59,591 nt of DNA from a virus. Position numbers and translations under genes: made by a program. Positions 32,849 to 41,879 of the stretch are shown here, piece after piece. The stretch lies in the IMG/VR virus record IMGVR_UViG_3300028823_000151. One strand, 5' to 3'. Under the pieces are notes generated by a model. That model had not been told where the DNA came from, made no database searches, and was given only the letters and a program-made list of their open reading frames with translations. Within the stretch, counting starts at the first letter, position 1. Each line of letters starts with the position of its first letter.

Positions 32849-34585
32849 ATGGGAGATAAAGAAAGAATAGATGCCGTTAATGTCTACTCTTCAGGAATGA
32901 CTAAGGCTAGATCATTTATCAATCAGGGTAAGATAAATGAATCTAGTCCATGGTCTTTTACAGGAGCCGATGGAAATAAATTGTTAGGTCCAGAAGGAGA
33001 CGACTGGAAAAACTTTGCTTCCTATCATATAGCTGAAGATACAGATGCAAATGAAGAAACAAAGGGAAGGTATAAATATCCATGGGGAAAGGATGAAGAG
33101 ATCTATAGACGTGGAGTAATTGCCGCAAAATCTAGAGCAGCAGCTCAAGGTGAAACGGATATTTCAAATGCGGCAGATGAACTTCTACAAATGATAGATG
33201 AAAAACTTGATCAGATGTATGAAGACAGATTAAAGATGAGAGGAACAGGTACTAACATGGAAAAGATGTCTGGTGGCGGAACCAAAGAAAAGTTTTCAGA
33301 AGAAGGGGCAGGTACTAAAGAAAAGATGGCTGCTTGTCAAACAAGAAGATCAGAAGATTCTATGGAAAGTGTTGCAAGAATCGACTTTATGGAAATGCCA
33401 TATAACGAGGAAGAAGAATACGATGAGTATTTAGAAAAACCTTTTAAAAGAACTGAAGAAGGTTACTTACTTGGAAGAGCAATCTTTACAAATATTGGAG
33501 TATTTCCATATAGATTAGAAGATGGAAGCGTTCAATGGGAACTAAGGCCACCAGAAGAAGTATTTGATTATGACTCAATGTCGTCATTTAAAATGTTACC
33601 TATGACAAATGAGCATACCACTGAACCTGTGACAGTCAAAAATGTAAAAATGGAACAAGTAGGTTATTCTGGAGAAGAAGTAAGAAAGAGTGCTTTTCAT
33701 TTATCAAACACTTTATTGATAAATGATGAAGATACTATAATGGAAGTGGAAGAAGGAAAGAGAGGTCTAAGTGCAGGATATACTGTGGATCTAGAAGATA
33801 AAAGTGGTGTATGGATGGGCATTCCTTATGATAAAATTCAGAGAAATATAAGGGGAAATCACATTGCTATTGTGGATAAAGGACGGGCAGGTGATGATGC
33901 AAGAATGAGATTTGACTCTACTCATTCTGTAGGTATTTTGAGTCAGGATGATTTAAATAATCAAAGAAAAAATTTAAGGAGGAAAGACAGTATGACTTTG
34001 AAAAAGTTTACAGTCGATGGCGTTGAATACCAAGCTGATGCAGAACTGATTGCTTTATTTCAAAACGTCACTAAAGAAAACGAGAGCTTGAAAAAAGATC
34101 TAGAAAATTTTAAAACTCTACACGAAGATCATACAACTCTTCTTGCAGAAAGAGACCAGCTCAATGAGGATAATGAAACTCTTAAAAAAGAAGTAGAACA
34201 AGCTAAGTCTAATTCACCTGAAGAAGTTGAAGCTCTAGTTCAAGAAAGATTAGTTGTTATTGATGCAGCCAATAGGGCTAACATCAAAATTGAACCCAGT
34301 ATGAAAGAAGACGATATTAAGAAAGCAGTTATCGTACATCTTTTTCCTGGTTCAAAAAGTAAGTTAGACAATTGTAATGAAGTCTATCTTAAAGGAAGAT
34401 GGGACGGAGCACTAGAAAAGTTGGAAGAAATTTCCAGTAAAGAAGGCAATGAAAAACTGTCCTCAGATTCTTTGAATAATTTTCAAGAGAATAAACCTAA
34501 AGAAGATGCATCTGATACTGCATACAATAATATGGTAAAAAGACAACAAGAATCTTGGAAATCAAACTTAAGAGAGGAGGTATAA
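32849..34585 (+). CDS. head scaffold / prohead protease-like protein (DUF2213-like)
   Basis: MLPMTNEHT, GLSAGYTVDLE and IRGNHIAIVDKGRAGDDARM resemble the DUF2213 signature (NH.A.V..GRAG). The C-terminal half is a long coiled coil. The gene lies upstream of the capsid gene. Confidence 0.6.
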   Translation: MGDKERIDAVNVYSSGMTKARSFINQGKINESSPWSFTGADGNKLLGPEGDDWKNFASYHIAEDTDANEETKGRYKYPWGKDEEIYRRGVIAAKSRAAAQGETDISNAADELLQMIDEKLDQMYEDRLKMRGTGTNMEKMSGGGTKEKFSEEGAGTKEKMAACQTRRSEDSMESVARIDFMEMPYNEEEEYDEYLEKPFKRTEEGYLLGRAIFTNIGVFPYRLEDGSVQWELRPPEEVFDYDSMSSFKMLPMTNEHTTEPVTVKNVKMEQVGYSGEEVRKSAFHLSNTLLINDEDTIMEVEEGKRGLSAGYTVDLEDKSGVWMGIPYDKIQRNIRGNHIAIVDKGRAGDDARMRFDSTHSVGILSQDDLNNQRKNLRRKDSMTLKKFTVDGVEYQADAELIALFQNVTKENESLKKDLENFKTLHEDHTTLLAERDQLNEDNETLKKEVEQAKSNSPEEVEALVQERLVVIDAANRANIKIEPSMKEDDIKKAVIVHLFPGSKSKLDNCNEVYLKGRWDGALEKLEEISSKEGNEKLSSDSLNNFQENKPKEDASDTAYNNMVKRQQESWKSNLREEV

Positions 34586-34588
34586 CCA

Positions 34589-35347
34589 ATGGCTGAATAT
34601 GGAGCTTATGGCTATATTGATGAGGGCATTCAGGGACTTTATGATCAATTAGACGTTGATATTCAAGGTCGTTGGGTCGCTGGAGAAGAAATTGAATTTG
34701 GAGAAGCAGTGTTTACAAATACAGGTGAAGACAATATTGTTTATGCTTATAAAAACGATGTTGGTGTAATTGCTTTTGATGCAGACTTTGTATCAGGAAA
34801 TGTTATTACGATAACTGTAAATGGCGTCGCAACTTCTCCTGTAACTTTTGCCACCGATCACGATACAACCGCAGCTGCTGTTGCCAGTGCAATCAACGCA
34901 TTGGATGGAGTATCTTGTGTATTAGATCCAGCAGATACAGATAACAGAACATTCTTGATACAAGTTAAAGGTCAGAATGCAGAGGTTTCTGAAGAAGTTA
35001 CAGGTGGTGCATCACAAGCAACAGGAACGATAACTTATGACAGTTCACAAGTGTTTGTTGGTATATCAACCTTCTTTCAAAATTCAGTAGGTGTGTATCA
35101 AGAATTTGATCCTATAAACGTTTTGTCTAGAGGACTAATTTGGGTTCGTCCTACTGCCGTCACAAATGCAAATAAGAGAGTGTTTGTTGTTACTACTGCA
35201 GGAACTACATTGGGATCTTTTGGAACTGCAGGGTATGAAATAAATGCTACTTATCGAAGAAACGCTGATGCTAATGCCTTGGGACAGATAGAAGTGTTCG
35301 GCATAAGGCCAGCAACAAGAACTACTTATGCTGATACATTTATATAA
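34589..35347 (+). CDS. head-associated structural protein (decoration candidate)
   Basis: Lies between the scaffold and major capsid genes. It contains a small domain also present in the sheath insert. Confidence 0.4.
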   Translation: MAEYGAYGYIDEGIQGLYDQLDVDIQGRWVAGEEIEFGEAVFTNTGEDNIVYAYKNDVGVIAFDADFVSGNVITITVNGVATSPVTFATDHDTTAAAVASAINALDGVSCVLDPADTDNRTFLIQVKGQNAEVSEEVTGGASQATGTITYDSSQVFVGISTFFQNSVGVYQEFDPINVLSRGLIWVRPTAVTNANKRVFVVTTAGTTLGSFGTAGYEINATYRRNADANALGQIEVFGIRPATRTTYADTFI

Positions 35348-35364
35348 GGATAGGAGGATAGAAA

Positions 35365-36324
35365 ATGTCAGGAATTGAAAGACAGAACCCTTTAAAATTG
35401 GACGCGACAGAAACTGCCTTCTTTAAAAGACAACTTGAATCTGTCAAGGCCAAAACTTACGATACAAAATATAGGAATTTACATTCTCAAATGTTGATTC
35501 CTATGAGTACAGAACATCCTGCTGGAACTGACTTTATTATTTGGTATTCATTTAGTAAAGCTGGTACAGCTAAAATTGTTGCTAACTATGCAACAGATTA
35601 TCCAAGAGTTGACATCTATGCAGAAGAAAATGAAAATAAAGTTGTCACACTTGGAGCTTCCTACGGATATTCTATTAAAGAAATTCGTAGAGCACAACTT
35701 GCCAATAGTATGCCAGGTCCAAATGTATCCTTGGATATGAGAAGAGCTGATACATGTAGAAGATCCATTGAAGAAATAATGGATAGACTTGTTTGGTTTG
35801 GTGATAATGATTATGGTATGAATGGATTTTTTAATTATCCAGGAATTACTTCTTACACTATACCTGATGCAGCTGGTGGTGGTGTTGAACCTAAAAAATG
35901 GGCAAACAAAACTTCAGATGAGATAATTGCAGACTTGACTGGAATAGTTAGTGCCATTACAGTACCTACTCGCGGTAGAGAAGAACCTAACATGATTATT
36001 ATTCCAAGGGAACAATATGATCTTATTAGAAATAAGAGAATGGAAGGTGACGCAAATAAAACTGTTCTTATGTTTTACATGGACAATAATCCTGGTGTAA
36101 TGATAAAGGCAGTTGATGAATTAAGAAGTCAAGGTGCTGGAGGAACAGATATGATAATGGCCTACGTTATGGATCCAAATAATGTAGTTCAAGAAATCTG
36201 TCAACCTTTTGAACAGCTAGACTTTGATAAAAAAGGCGGACTTTATGAAGTACCTTGTCAAGCTGAATTTGGTGGAGTAATTGTATTCTATCCACAATCA
36301 GTTGCTTATGGCATTGGAATTTAA
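35365..36324 (+). CDS. major capsid protein (DUF2184-like, HK97 fold)
   Basis: TETAFFKRQLESVKAKTYDTKYRNLHSQMLIPMS...YATDYPRVDIYAEE...GYSIKEIRRAQLAN follows the DUF2184 capsid pattern. AGGAGGA SD. 319 aa. Confidence 0.75.
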   Translation: MSGIERQNPLKLDATETAFFKRQLESVKAKTYDTKYRNLHSQMLIPMSTEHPAGTDFIIWYSFSKAGTAKIVANYATDYPRVDIYAEENENKVVTLGASYGYSIKEIRRAQLANSMPGPNVSLDMRRADTCRRSIEEIMDRLVWFGDNDYGMNGFFNYPGITSYTIPDAAGGGVEPKKWANKTSDEIIADLTGIVSAITVPTRGREEPNMIIIPREQYDLIRNKRMEGDANKTVLMFYMDNNPGVMIKAVDELRSQGAGGTDMIMAYVMDPNNVVQEICQPFEQLDFDKKGGLYEVPCQAEFGGVIVFYPQSVAYGIGI

Positions 36325-36338
36325 TTAAGGAGAAACTA

Positions 36339-37004
36339 ATGATAGTAAATTGGAAAAAGCCAAAAGCTGGATTAAAAGTTATTCCTATTCAAGTAATGGA
36401 TGCAGAAGGAAAACAAAAGATAACAATTGGATACTTAACATTACTTCCAGGGTTTAATCACATTCCAGATGAAGATTGGAAGAAAAGTAGAGCATGTGTT
36501 CTAAGTGATCCAGAAGCAGAATGGATAGAAGAAGTTTTAGTCTCTTCTACAATAAAACCTGAAAAAGAAGAAAAGGTTATGTCTGTTGATTCTTCTTCAA
36601 TAGAAAGGAATGTAGAAAATCTTGTAGAGTTTTTAAAGAAAAATGATATTTATACTTATGCTGTTGAGTTTGCAGCGAAAGGAGAAAAAGAATTTGGAAA
36701 AGATTCTATAGAAGAATTTATATCCAATCATGAAGAAGTGTCCTCAGCTGCTGCGGAACATTTTTCTGTAGACAAAGAAGTTTTTTATGTTTCAGTAAAC
36801 ATTTCAGATCTTCCAGCAGTAAGAGCAGCGGAAATTGTTAAGGACACATGGAACTTAGGTACTTTAAATTCTTGGAGATCTTTTGAATCTAGGGACGAAA
36901 TAAGGTCTTTGATTTTAAATCAAATTGAGATTGTTGAAAACCCTACTAAGAAATCCAAAGAAGTTTCAGAATCAAGTACTTCAGTTGTTAGAAATGTGAG
37001 GTAA
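36339..37004 (+). CDS. hypothetical head-module protein
   Basis: AAGGAG SD and position after the capsid gene. Confidence 0.45.
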   Translation: MIVNWKKPKAGLKVIPIQVMDAEGKQKITIGYLTLLPGFNHIPDEDWKKSRACVLSDPEAEWIEEVLVSSTIKPEKEEKVMSVDSSSIERNVENLVEFLKKNDIYTYAVEFAAKGEKEFGKDSIEEFISNHEEVSSAAAEHFSVDKEVFYVSVNISDLPAVRAAEIVKDTWNLGTLNSWRSFESRDEIRSLILNQIEIVENPTKKSKEVSESSTSVVRNVR

Positions 37005-37008
37005 AGAA

Positions 37009-37431
37009 ATGGGTGTTAGTACCATATTATCTGCAATAGCACCACAATATGACTCTGAATCAGCTAGAGATACTTTTATTTCTCTAGCTGAAACAAGAGT
37101 TAATAGGTGTGCTTTTAATGACAAGGCAGATTTAGCAGTAGCCTATATGGCTGCTCACATGATAACAGTTAAGAACCTATCTAATAAGTTACAAGGAATA
37201 GCAGTAGGTGAAGTTTCATCTATGAAAGAAGGAGACTTAGCTTTATCTTTTAGAAGATCTGCAACCAGTGGAACAGACAATGATCTTGCTTCTACTGAAT
37301 TTGGAAAACAGTTTTTAATTCTACAAAAAGGTTCCATTATTGCTCTTGGAATTACAGGTAGAAGCGGAGCTGATGAAGGGTTCATAGGTGAAGACTTTAA
37401 CTTTGGAGGCGGATTTGTCACCTGTGACTGA
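37009..37431 (+). CDS. head-tail connector protein (DUF4054-like)
   Basis: ILSAIAPQYDSE...FISLAETRVNRCAF...DLAVAYMAAHMI follows the DUF4054 pattern. Confidence 0.5.
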   Translation: MGVSTILSAIAPQYDSESARDTFISLAETRVNRCAFNDKADLAVAYMAAHMITVKNLSNKLQGIAVGEVSSMKEGDLALSFRRSATSGTDNDLASTEFGKQFLILQKGSIIALGITGRSGADEGFIGEDFNFGGGFVTCD

Positions 37432-37855
37432 TAAAGATAAAGGATGGAAAAGAATACAAAGAGAGTTAAGAATACTTAATCGTAGATCTTTATTTATTGG
37501 ATATCCTAAAGGCAAAACAACACAGTTCAATATCAACAAGGCTTTTTGGAATGAGTATGGTACAAGCCGTATTCCAAGTAGACCTTTTAATAGGACAACT
37601 TTTGATAGGTTCCAAAGTAAAGTTATTAAGTATCAAAAAACCTTAATGCGACAAGTATACAGAGGTAAGATAAATGCTAGAATAGCTTTTACAAATTTGG
37701 GAAATCGTTATGTAGGTTATATCAGGAGAACAATAAAGGCTGGTCCTTGGACCCCTAACGCACCAGCAACTATAGCTAGAAAAGGTAGAGACGAACCTTT
37801 AATAGATACAAGAGAAATGTATAGAACAACTAAGTTTGATGTAAGGAGAAAATAA
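37388..37855 (+). CDS. head-tail joining / neck protein
   Basis: Called from position. The start is uncertain: GTG at 37388, or GTG at 37424 overlapping the upstream TGA. Confidence 0.45.
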   Translation: MKTLTLEADLSPVTDKDKGWKRIQRELRILNRRSLFIGYPKGKTTQFNINKAFWNEYGTSRIPSRPFNRTTFDRFQSKVIKYQKTLMRQVYRGKINARIAFTNLGNRYVGYIRRTIKAGPWTPNAPATIARKGRDEPLIDTREMYRTTKFDVRRK

Positions 37856-38238
37856 TGTCTGTACTTTTTCCAGAAGACATAACAGCTACAGATTATTCTG
37901 TCGTAAGAAATAAAATGGAAAGTTCTAAAGTCGCAGGAACCCCTTATACAATACAAGCAGATATACAACCTATGACAGATATTGAAGGGGGAGAATTATT
38001 TGAAAGTTTGCCAACACTTAGACGAGATGTTGGTCATGTTAAAGTATATAGTGATCAACAATTAGTTGTTGCAAAAGAAGGTACGGTAGGAACTGGAACA
38101 GTCTTAGATTGGTCGACAAGTAAATGGGAAATTATACATGAATATGAATATCAAAAACCTTCTCTATTTAGCTTAGTTGATCATTATAAATACATAGGTG
38201 AATACAGAACAGAACAGGAGTTAACAATTGATACTTGA
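37855..38238 (+). CDS. neck / tail-completion protein
   Basis: TAATG overlap and position. Confidence 0.45.
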   Translation: MSVLFPEDITATDYSVVRNKMESSKVAGTPYTIQADIQPMTDIEGGELFESLPTLRRDVGHVKVYSDQQLVVAKEGTVGTGTVLDWSTSKWEIIHEYEYQKPSLFSLVDHYKYIGEYRTEQELTIDT

Positions 38239-38782
38239 TGTCACGAATACAATATATGATTGGGTAGATGCAATTATAAATAACCCTTTAAATCCTCCTA
38301 CTCCATTGGTACCTATTGTTCCGTCTTATTCAAATACACCTGCACCAGAAGGAAGATACATAACTATAGACTCTACACCTACTATGAATGAAATAGGAAA
38401 AGCAGACTGGGAAGTTATTTATGATGAAACTGAAGACAAGTACTTTAATTATTTAAGGTCTGAATTTGAAGGGGCTGTTGAAATTTGGGAAACAAATGGA
38501 AATGGAGATTATTTATTAACATTAAGTAAAAACCAGTGGGTACAAGAAGCAATAAATAAATTAAGTAGAAATAAAATTTCTTATAAAAGAGATAATGGTA
38601 TTTTATTTATTCCAAGACAGCAGGGTGAACAATGGGAACGTGAATCAGTTTTAGAAATAATATTTGGATTTGGAACTGGATTAAGGTATGAAGTTGATGG
38701 AATTGAAGACGCTGAAATAAACGGAACTATCACAAAAGACGATGGCAGTGATAGGAATATTTATATTGATAAAGATGTATAA
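38228..38782 (+). CDS. tail-completion / sheath-terminator candidate
   Basis: TTG start with CAGGAG upstream. The gene lies directly before the sheath gene. Confidence 0.4.
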   Translation: MILDVTNTIYDWVDAIINNPLNPPTPLVPIVPSYSNTPAPEGRYITIDSTPTMNEIGKADWEVIYDETEDKYFNYLRSEFEGAVEIWETNGNGDYLLTLSKNQWVQEAINKLSRNKISYKRDNGILFIPRQQGEQWERESVLEIIFGFGTGLRYEVDGIEDAEINGTITKDDGSDRNIYIDKDV

Positions 38783-38800
38783 ATTTTTAGGAGGAAGTAC

Positions 38801-40663
38801 ATGGCTAAAATAGACTCTATAGTACAAGTCTTCATAGAAAGACAAACAAGATTTCCTTCACTTCCTGGTTTTGGTAATGGAGCGGTCATAGCTGAATTTA
38901 GTCTAGATAAGACCGTTAATCCTTTACTGGGAAATGGAAGGTATCAGTTGTACACGAGCACAATCGAAATGGCTAACGATGGTTGGCTAGAAGAAGATTT
39001 AGTCTTTGCATGCGCATTAGACTACTTCACACAAAATCCTAACCCAGGATTATTTATTGTTGGTAGAAAAGATTCTGCTGATGCTTCTTGGGCAGTTGCT
39101 TTGAATGCAGTTCAAGATGAATATTCTGATTGGTATGGATTTACAATAATATCTAGAGACCCTGATGATGTCTTGGCTGCATCAGTTTGGGCCGAAACCC
39201 AAATTAAGATTTTTGGATACACTTCAAGTCAGTTAGCTATGGGTGGTGTTAATGATCCAGCAACAAGTGGATTTTGGAGATCAGGTTCTTTAGGTGGTCT
39301 TTCATTATTTCAATTAGTTGATAATGGATACTTAGCGGTGGCAGTTGACGGAGGATCAGCAACTAATGTTACTGGAGTTGACTTTACATCACAACCTGCA
39401 ACAGCAGGAATCTTTACAAGTGGTGATGTAAGTTCTAACTTAGCAAATTTTATAACCCCAGTTACAGATGGGGAATTCACAATTGCTAAAGATGGAGCAA
39501 CTGGAATCAATGTTACTGGAATAGATTTTACAGGTGATACAGATTTAGCCGATGTTGCTACAACAATTGAATCAGCGATACAGGGAGCTGATGCATCCTT
39601 AACAGGTGTCACAGTAGTCTACACCGCACCAAATTTTGTTTTCACTTCAGACGTAACAGGTGCTTCAAGTTCGATAGTAATTACTGCCGTTCCAGGAGGG
39701 GTTGGAACTGATCTAACTGGAGCTTCATATGTTAATGGTGGAACATCTACTTCTGGAACTGATGCAACTTCTGCAGTAGCAAACTTTAATGAAGTAGCTA
39801 CAATTCTTCAAGCAGACATAAGGGCTCTTGGTGGTGCATACACAAATTTTACTGTAACTTACAATTCTACTGAAGAAAGATTAATATTTAGAAGTGGAAC
39901 AACTGGGGCTTCTTCTAATGTAATTTTATCAGATCCTTCAGGTCCTACAGGCACTGCTTTATTCGGAGAAAATTACGTTAATGGTGGAGCTTCCTTTGTA
40001 GGTAAGGATGCAGTTACTGCAGGAACAGATGATCTTGCAACAGTTATAAAGGCTCTAAATAGAGACAGAACAGTTCTTTGTTATTCCCCTAGAGCACAAG
40101 ACAGTGATACTATACCTACAAGTATGGACTTTGTTTGGTCAGCTATGATAGGAGAAGGTTTTCCATTCGATCCAGGTTCTCAAACTTTTGCCTTTAAACA
40201 ATTGTCTGGAATACAAGCTGTGACAATTTCCACAGGAGTTTATTCTACGCTTCAAAGTAACTTTGTAAACTTTGTTGATATAATAGCAGGCATCACACAC
40301 CTTGCAGGTGGTCCAAATGGTGGCAAAGTTATGAGCGGTGAATATATTGATATTATTCGAGGAACAGATTGGTTATCGCAGCAAATGCAATTAGCTATAT
40401 TTAGTTCATTGTTAAACAATAGAAAAATATCTTTTACAGATGGAGGAATCTTAGGTATTAAAGGACAAATATTTAAGATACTAACTCTTGGATATGATAA
40501 TCTATTACTAACTTTGCCAACCTTGGATGATGTAATAGTGCCTCTAGCAGAAAATGTTTCTGCAGCAGATAGAGCAGCAAGAACATTAAGAGACGTTACC
40601 TTTGTTGGAAGATATGCAGGTGCTATCCACAAAGTCGAAATTCGTGGAACAATTTCAGTATAA
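38801..40663 (+). CDS. tail sheath protein (DUF3383-like) with internal duplicated insert domain
   Basis: AGGAGGAAG SD. The N-terminal IVQVFIERQTRFPSLPGFGNGAVIAEF follows the DUF3383 pattern. 620 aa, followed by the tube gene. An internal duplication spans about aa 230-400. Confidence 0.7.
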   Translation: MAKIDSIVQVFIERQTRFPSLPGFGNGAVIAEFSLDKTVNPLLGNGRYQLYTSTIEMANDGWLEEDLVFACALDYFTQNPNPGLFIVGRKDSADASWAVALNAVQDEYSDWYGFTIISRDPDDVLAASVWAETQIKIFGYTSSQLAMGGVNDPATSGFWRSGSLGGLSLFQLVDNGYLAVAVDGGSATNVTGVDFTSQPATAGIFTSGDVSSNLANFITPVTDGEFTIAKDGATGINVTGIDFTGDTDLADVATTIESAIQGADASLTGVTVVYTAPNFVFTSDVTGASSSIVITAVPGGVGTDLTGASYVNGGTSTSGTDATSAVANFNEVATILQADIRALGGAYTNFTVTYNSTEERLIFRSGTTGASSNVILSDPSGPTGTALFGENYVNGGASFVGKDAVTAGTDDLATVIKALNRDRTVLCYSPRAQDSDTIPTSMDFVWSAMIGEGFPFDPGSQTFAFKQLSGIQAVTISTGVYSTLQSNFVNFVDIIAGITHLAGGPNGGKVMSGEYIDIIRGTDWLSQQMQLAIFSSLLNNRKISFTDGGILGIKGQIFKILTLGYDNLLLTLPTLDDVIVPLAENVSAADRAARTLRDVTFVGRYAGAIHKVEIRGTISV

Positions 40664-40683
40664 TATTATAAAGGAGAAATAAC

Positions 40684-41148
40684 ATGGCTGATCTACCTAT
40701 CCCAATACCTACCGATCTAATAGTTAGAACTTATGATCCTAAACTAGTTAAAATATTGTTCGAAGGTATTCCAATGACAGGTTATGCTGATGGAACTTTT
40801 GTTATGATATCAGTGCCTGAAGATTTTTGGGAAAAGAAAAGAGGAGCAGATGGAACAATAGACAGAACTGCAAAAAATATTTTTGATGTTCAGGTCACAC
40901 TTACTTTAAAGGGAACATCCTTGAGTAATTCCGTACTGACTCAATTTCATGCAAGAGATAAACAATTTGGAACAGGAAAATTTTCTGTTTTTATTGAAGA
41001 TTTAAATCAAGGTGTTCCACTACTTGTTGCAAGAGAAGGATGGATTGTAAAATATCCAGACACAGAAAAAAGTGATGAGTCTTCAAATAAAGAATGGGTA
41101 ATTGACACTGGTCCAGCAAACTACAATCCTACAGGACATATTCGATAA
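40684..41148 (+). CDS. tail tube protein (DUF3277-like)
   Basis: RTYDPKLVKILFEGIPMTGYADGTFVMISVPEDFWEKKRGADGTIDRT follows the DUF3277 pattern. Lies after the sheath gene. Confidence 0.65.
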   Translation: MADLPIPIPTDLIVRTYDPKLVKILFEGIPMTGYADGTFVMISVPEDFWEKKRGADGTIDRTAKNIFDVQVTLTLKGTSLSNSVLTQFHARDKQFGTGKFSVFIEDLNQGVPLLVAREGWIVKYPDTEKSDESSNKEWVIDTGPANYNPTGHIR

Positions 41149-41172
41149 TTAAACTTAAAGAAGAGGTAAATT

Positions 41173-41640
41173 ATGGAACCAAAAAGATTCACAATTAATC
41201 AAGGGGAGGAGAATGAATTTCAAATACTTCATTTTCCTCTAAAACCCTTGACCATACTACACTTAGACAAAAGACTTATGTCGTTATTTACAAGGGCACT
41301 TGGATCCGCTCCTATTATTGACGCATCACAAGGTGATGATTCAATGGACACTGGATTCTTTTTAGGTTTTTCTGAAGCTATGGATAATCTTTCTAAAGAT
41401 GATATGTTAAGTTTATTTTTAGAATTGTTTTCTACTTCACAATTACATTATAAAGATAGGGCTTATGACCTTAATAACGAAAATAGTTTTAATGAAGCTT
41501 TCCAATATTTAACTGTCATCGACATTTACAAAACAGCTTTTAAAATTATGCGGGAAAACTGTTTTAGTTTTTTCGCACTAGCGGAACAGATGGGAGTGGA
41601 CATAGACATTGGATCCCTAATGGGGAAAACCGATTCTTAA
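41173..41640 (+). CDS. tail assembly chaperone (G-like)
   Basis: Lies between the tube and tape-measure genes. An acidic protein containing a slippery heptamer near its end. Confidence 0.55.
   Translation: MEPKRFTINQGEENEFQILHFPLKPLTILHLDKRLMSLFTRALGSAPIIDASQGDDSMDTGFFLGFSEAMDNLSKDDMLSLFLELFSTSQLHYKDRAYDLNNENSFNEAFQYLTVIDIYKTAFKIMRENCFSFFALAEQMGVDIDIGSLMGKTDS
41568..41574 (+). promoter_or_regulatory. programmed -1 ribosomal frameshift slippery heptamer T_TTT_TTC
   Basis: The zero-frame codons are agt ttt ttc (S F F). This is an X_XXY_YYZ site placed at the first position where the -1 frame is open. Confidence 0.55.
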
Positions 41641-41879
41641 AGTCTTCTAAATCTGCTTCCGCAAAAAGGATGAAAACGTTGGGTAAACTTGGAGAACTTT
41701 CTGAAGAATTAGAAACTGAATTAGTTTTTTGGAGAGTAGTAATTGATGCAGGAATATCTCCACGGGAATTAAACGAATGTACAATGAGAGATATCTATAA
41801 GATGGAGAGTTTTTTAAATATGAGATCAGATTATTCTGATGCACTTTTATTGTTGCCTACACTAGGAAATAAGAAATGA
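41568..41879 (+). CDS. -1 frame extension of the tail chaperone (T part of a G-T fusion); the track lists only 41670..41879
   Basis: The -1 frame opens at 41568 right after a TAG (41565-41567) and runs to 41879, overlapping the tape-measure start by 4 nt. T_TTT_TTC sits at 41568-41574 in the zero frame of 41173..41640. Confidence 0.5.
   Translation, partial: FFRTSGTDGSGHRHWIPNGENRFLKSSKSASAKRMKTLGKLGELSEELETELVFWRVVIDAGISPRELNECTMRDIYKMESFLNMRSDYSDALLLLPTLGNKK

Noticed and set aside
41622-41629. GGGGAAAAC near the end of the chaperone ORF as the frameshift site
   Set aside because: It does not fit X_XXY_YYZ in the zero frame (codons atg-ggg-aaa-acc). The canonical T_TTT_TTC at 41568-41574 is a better candidate.
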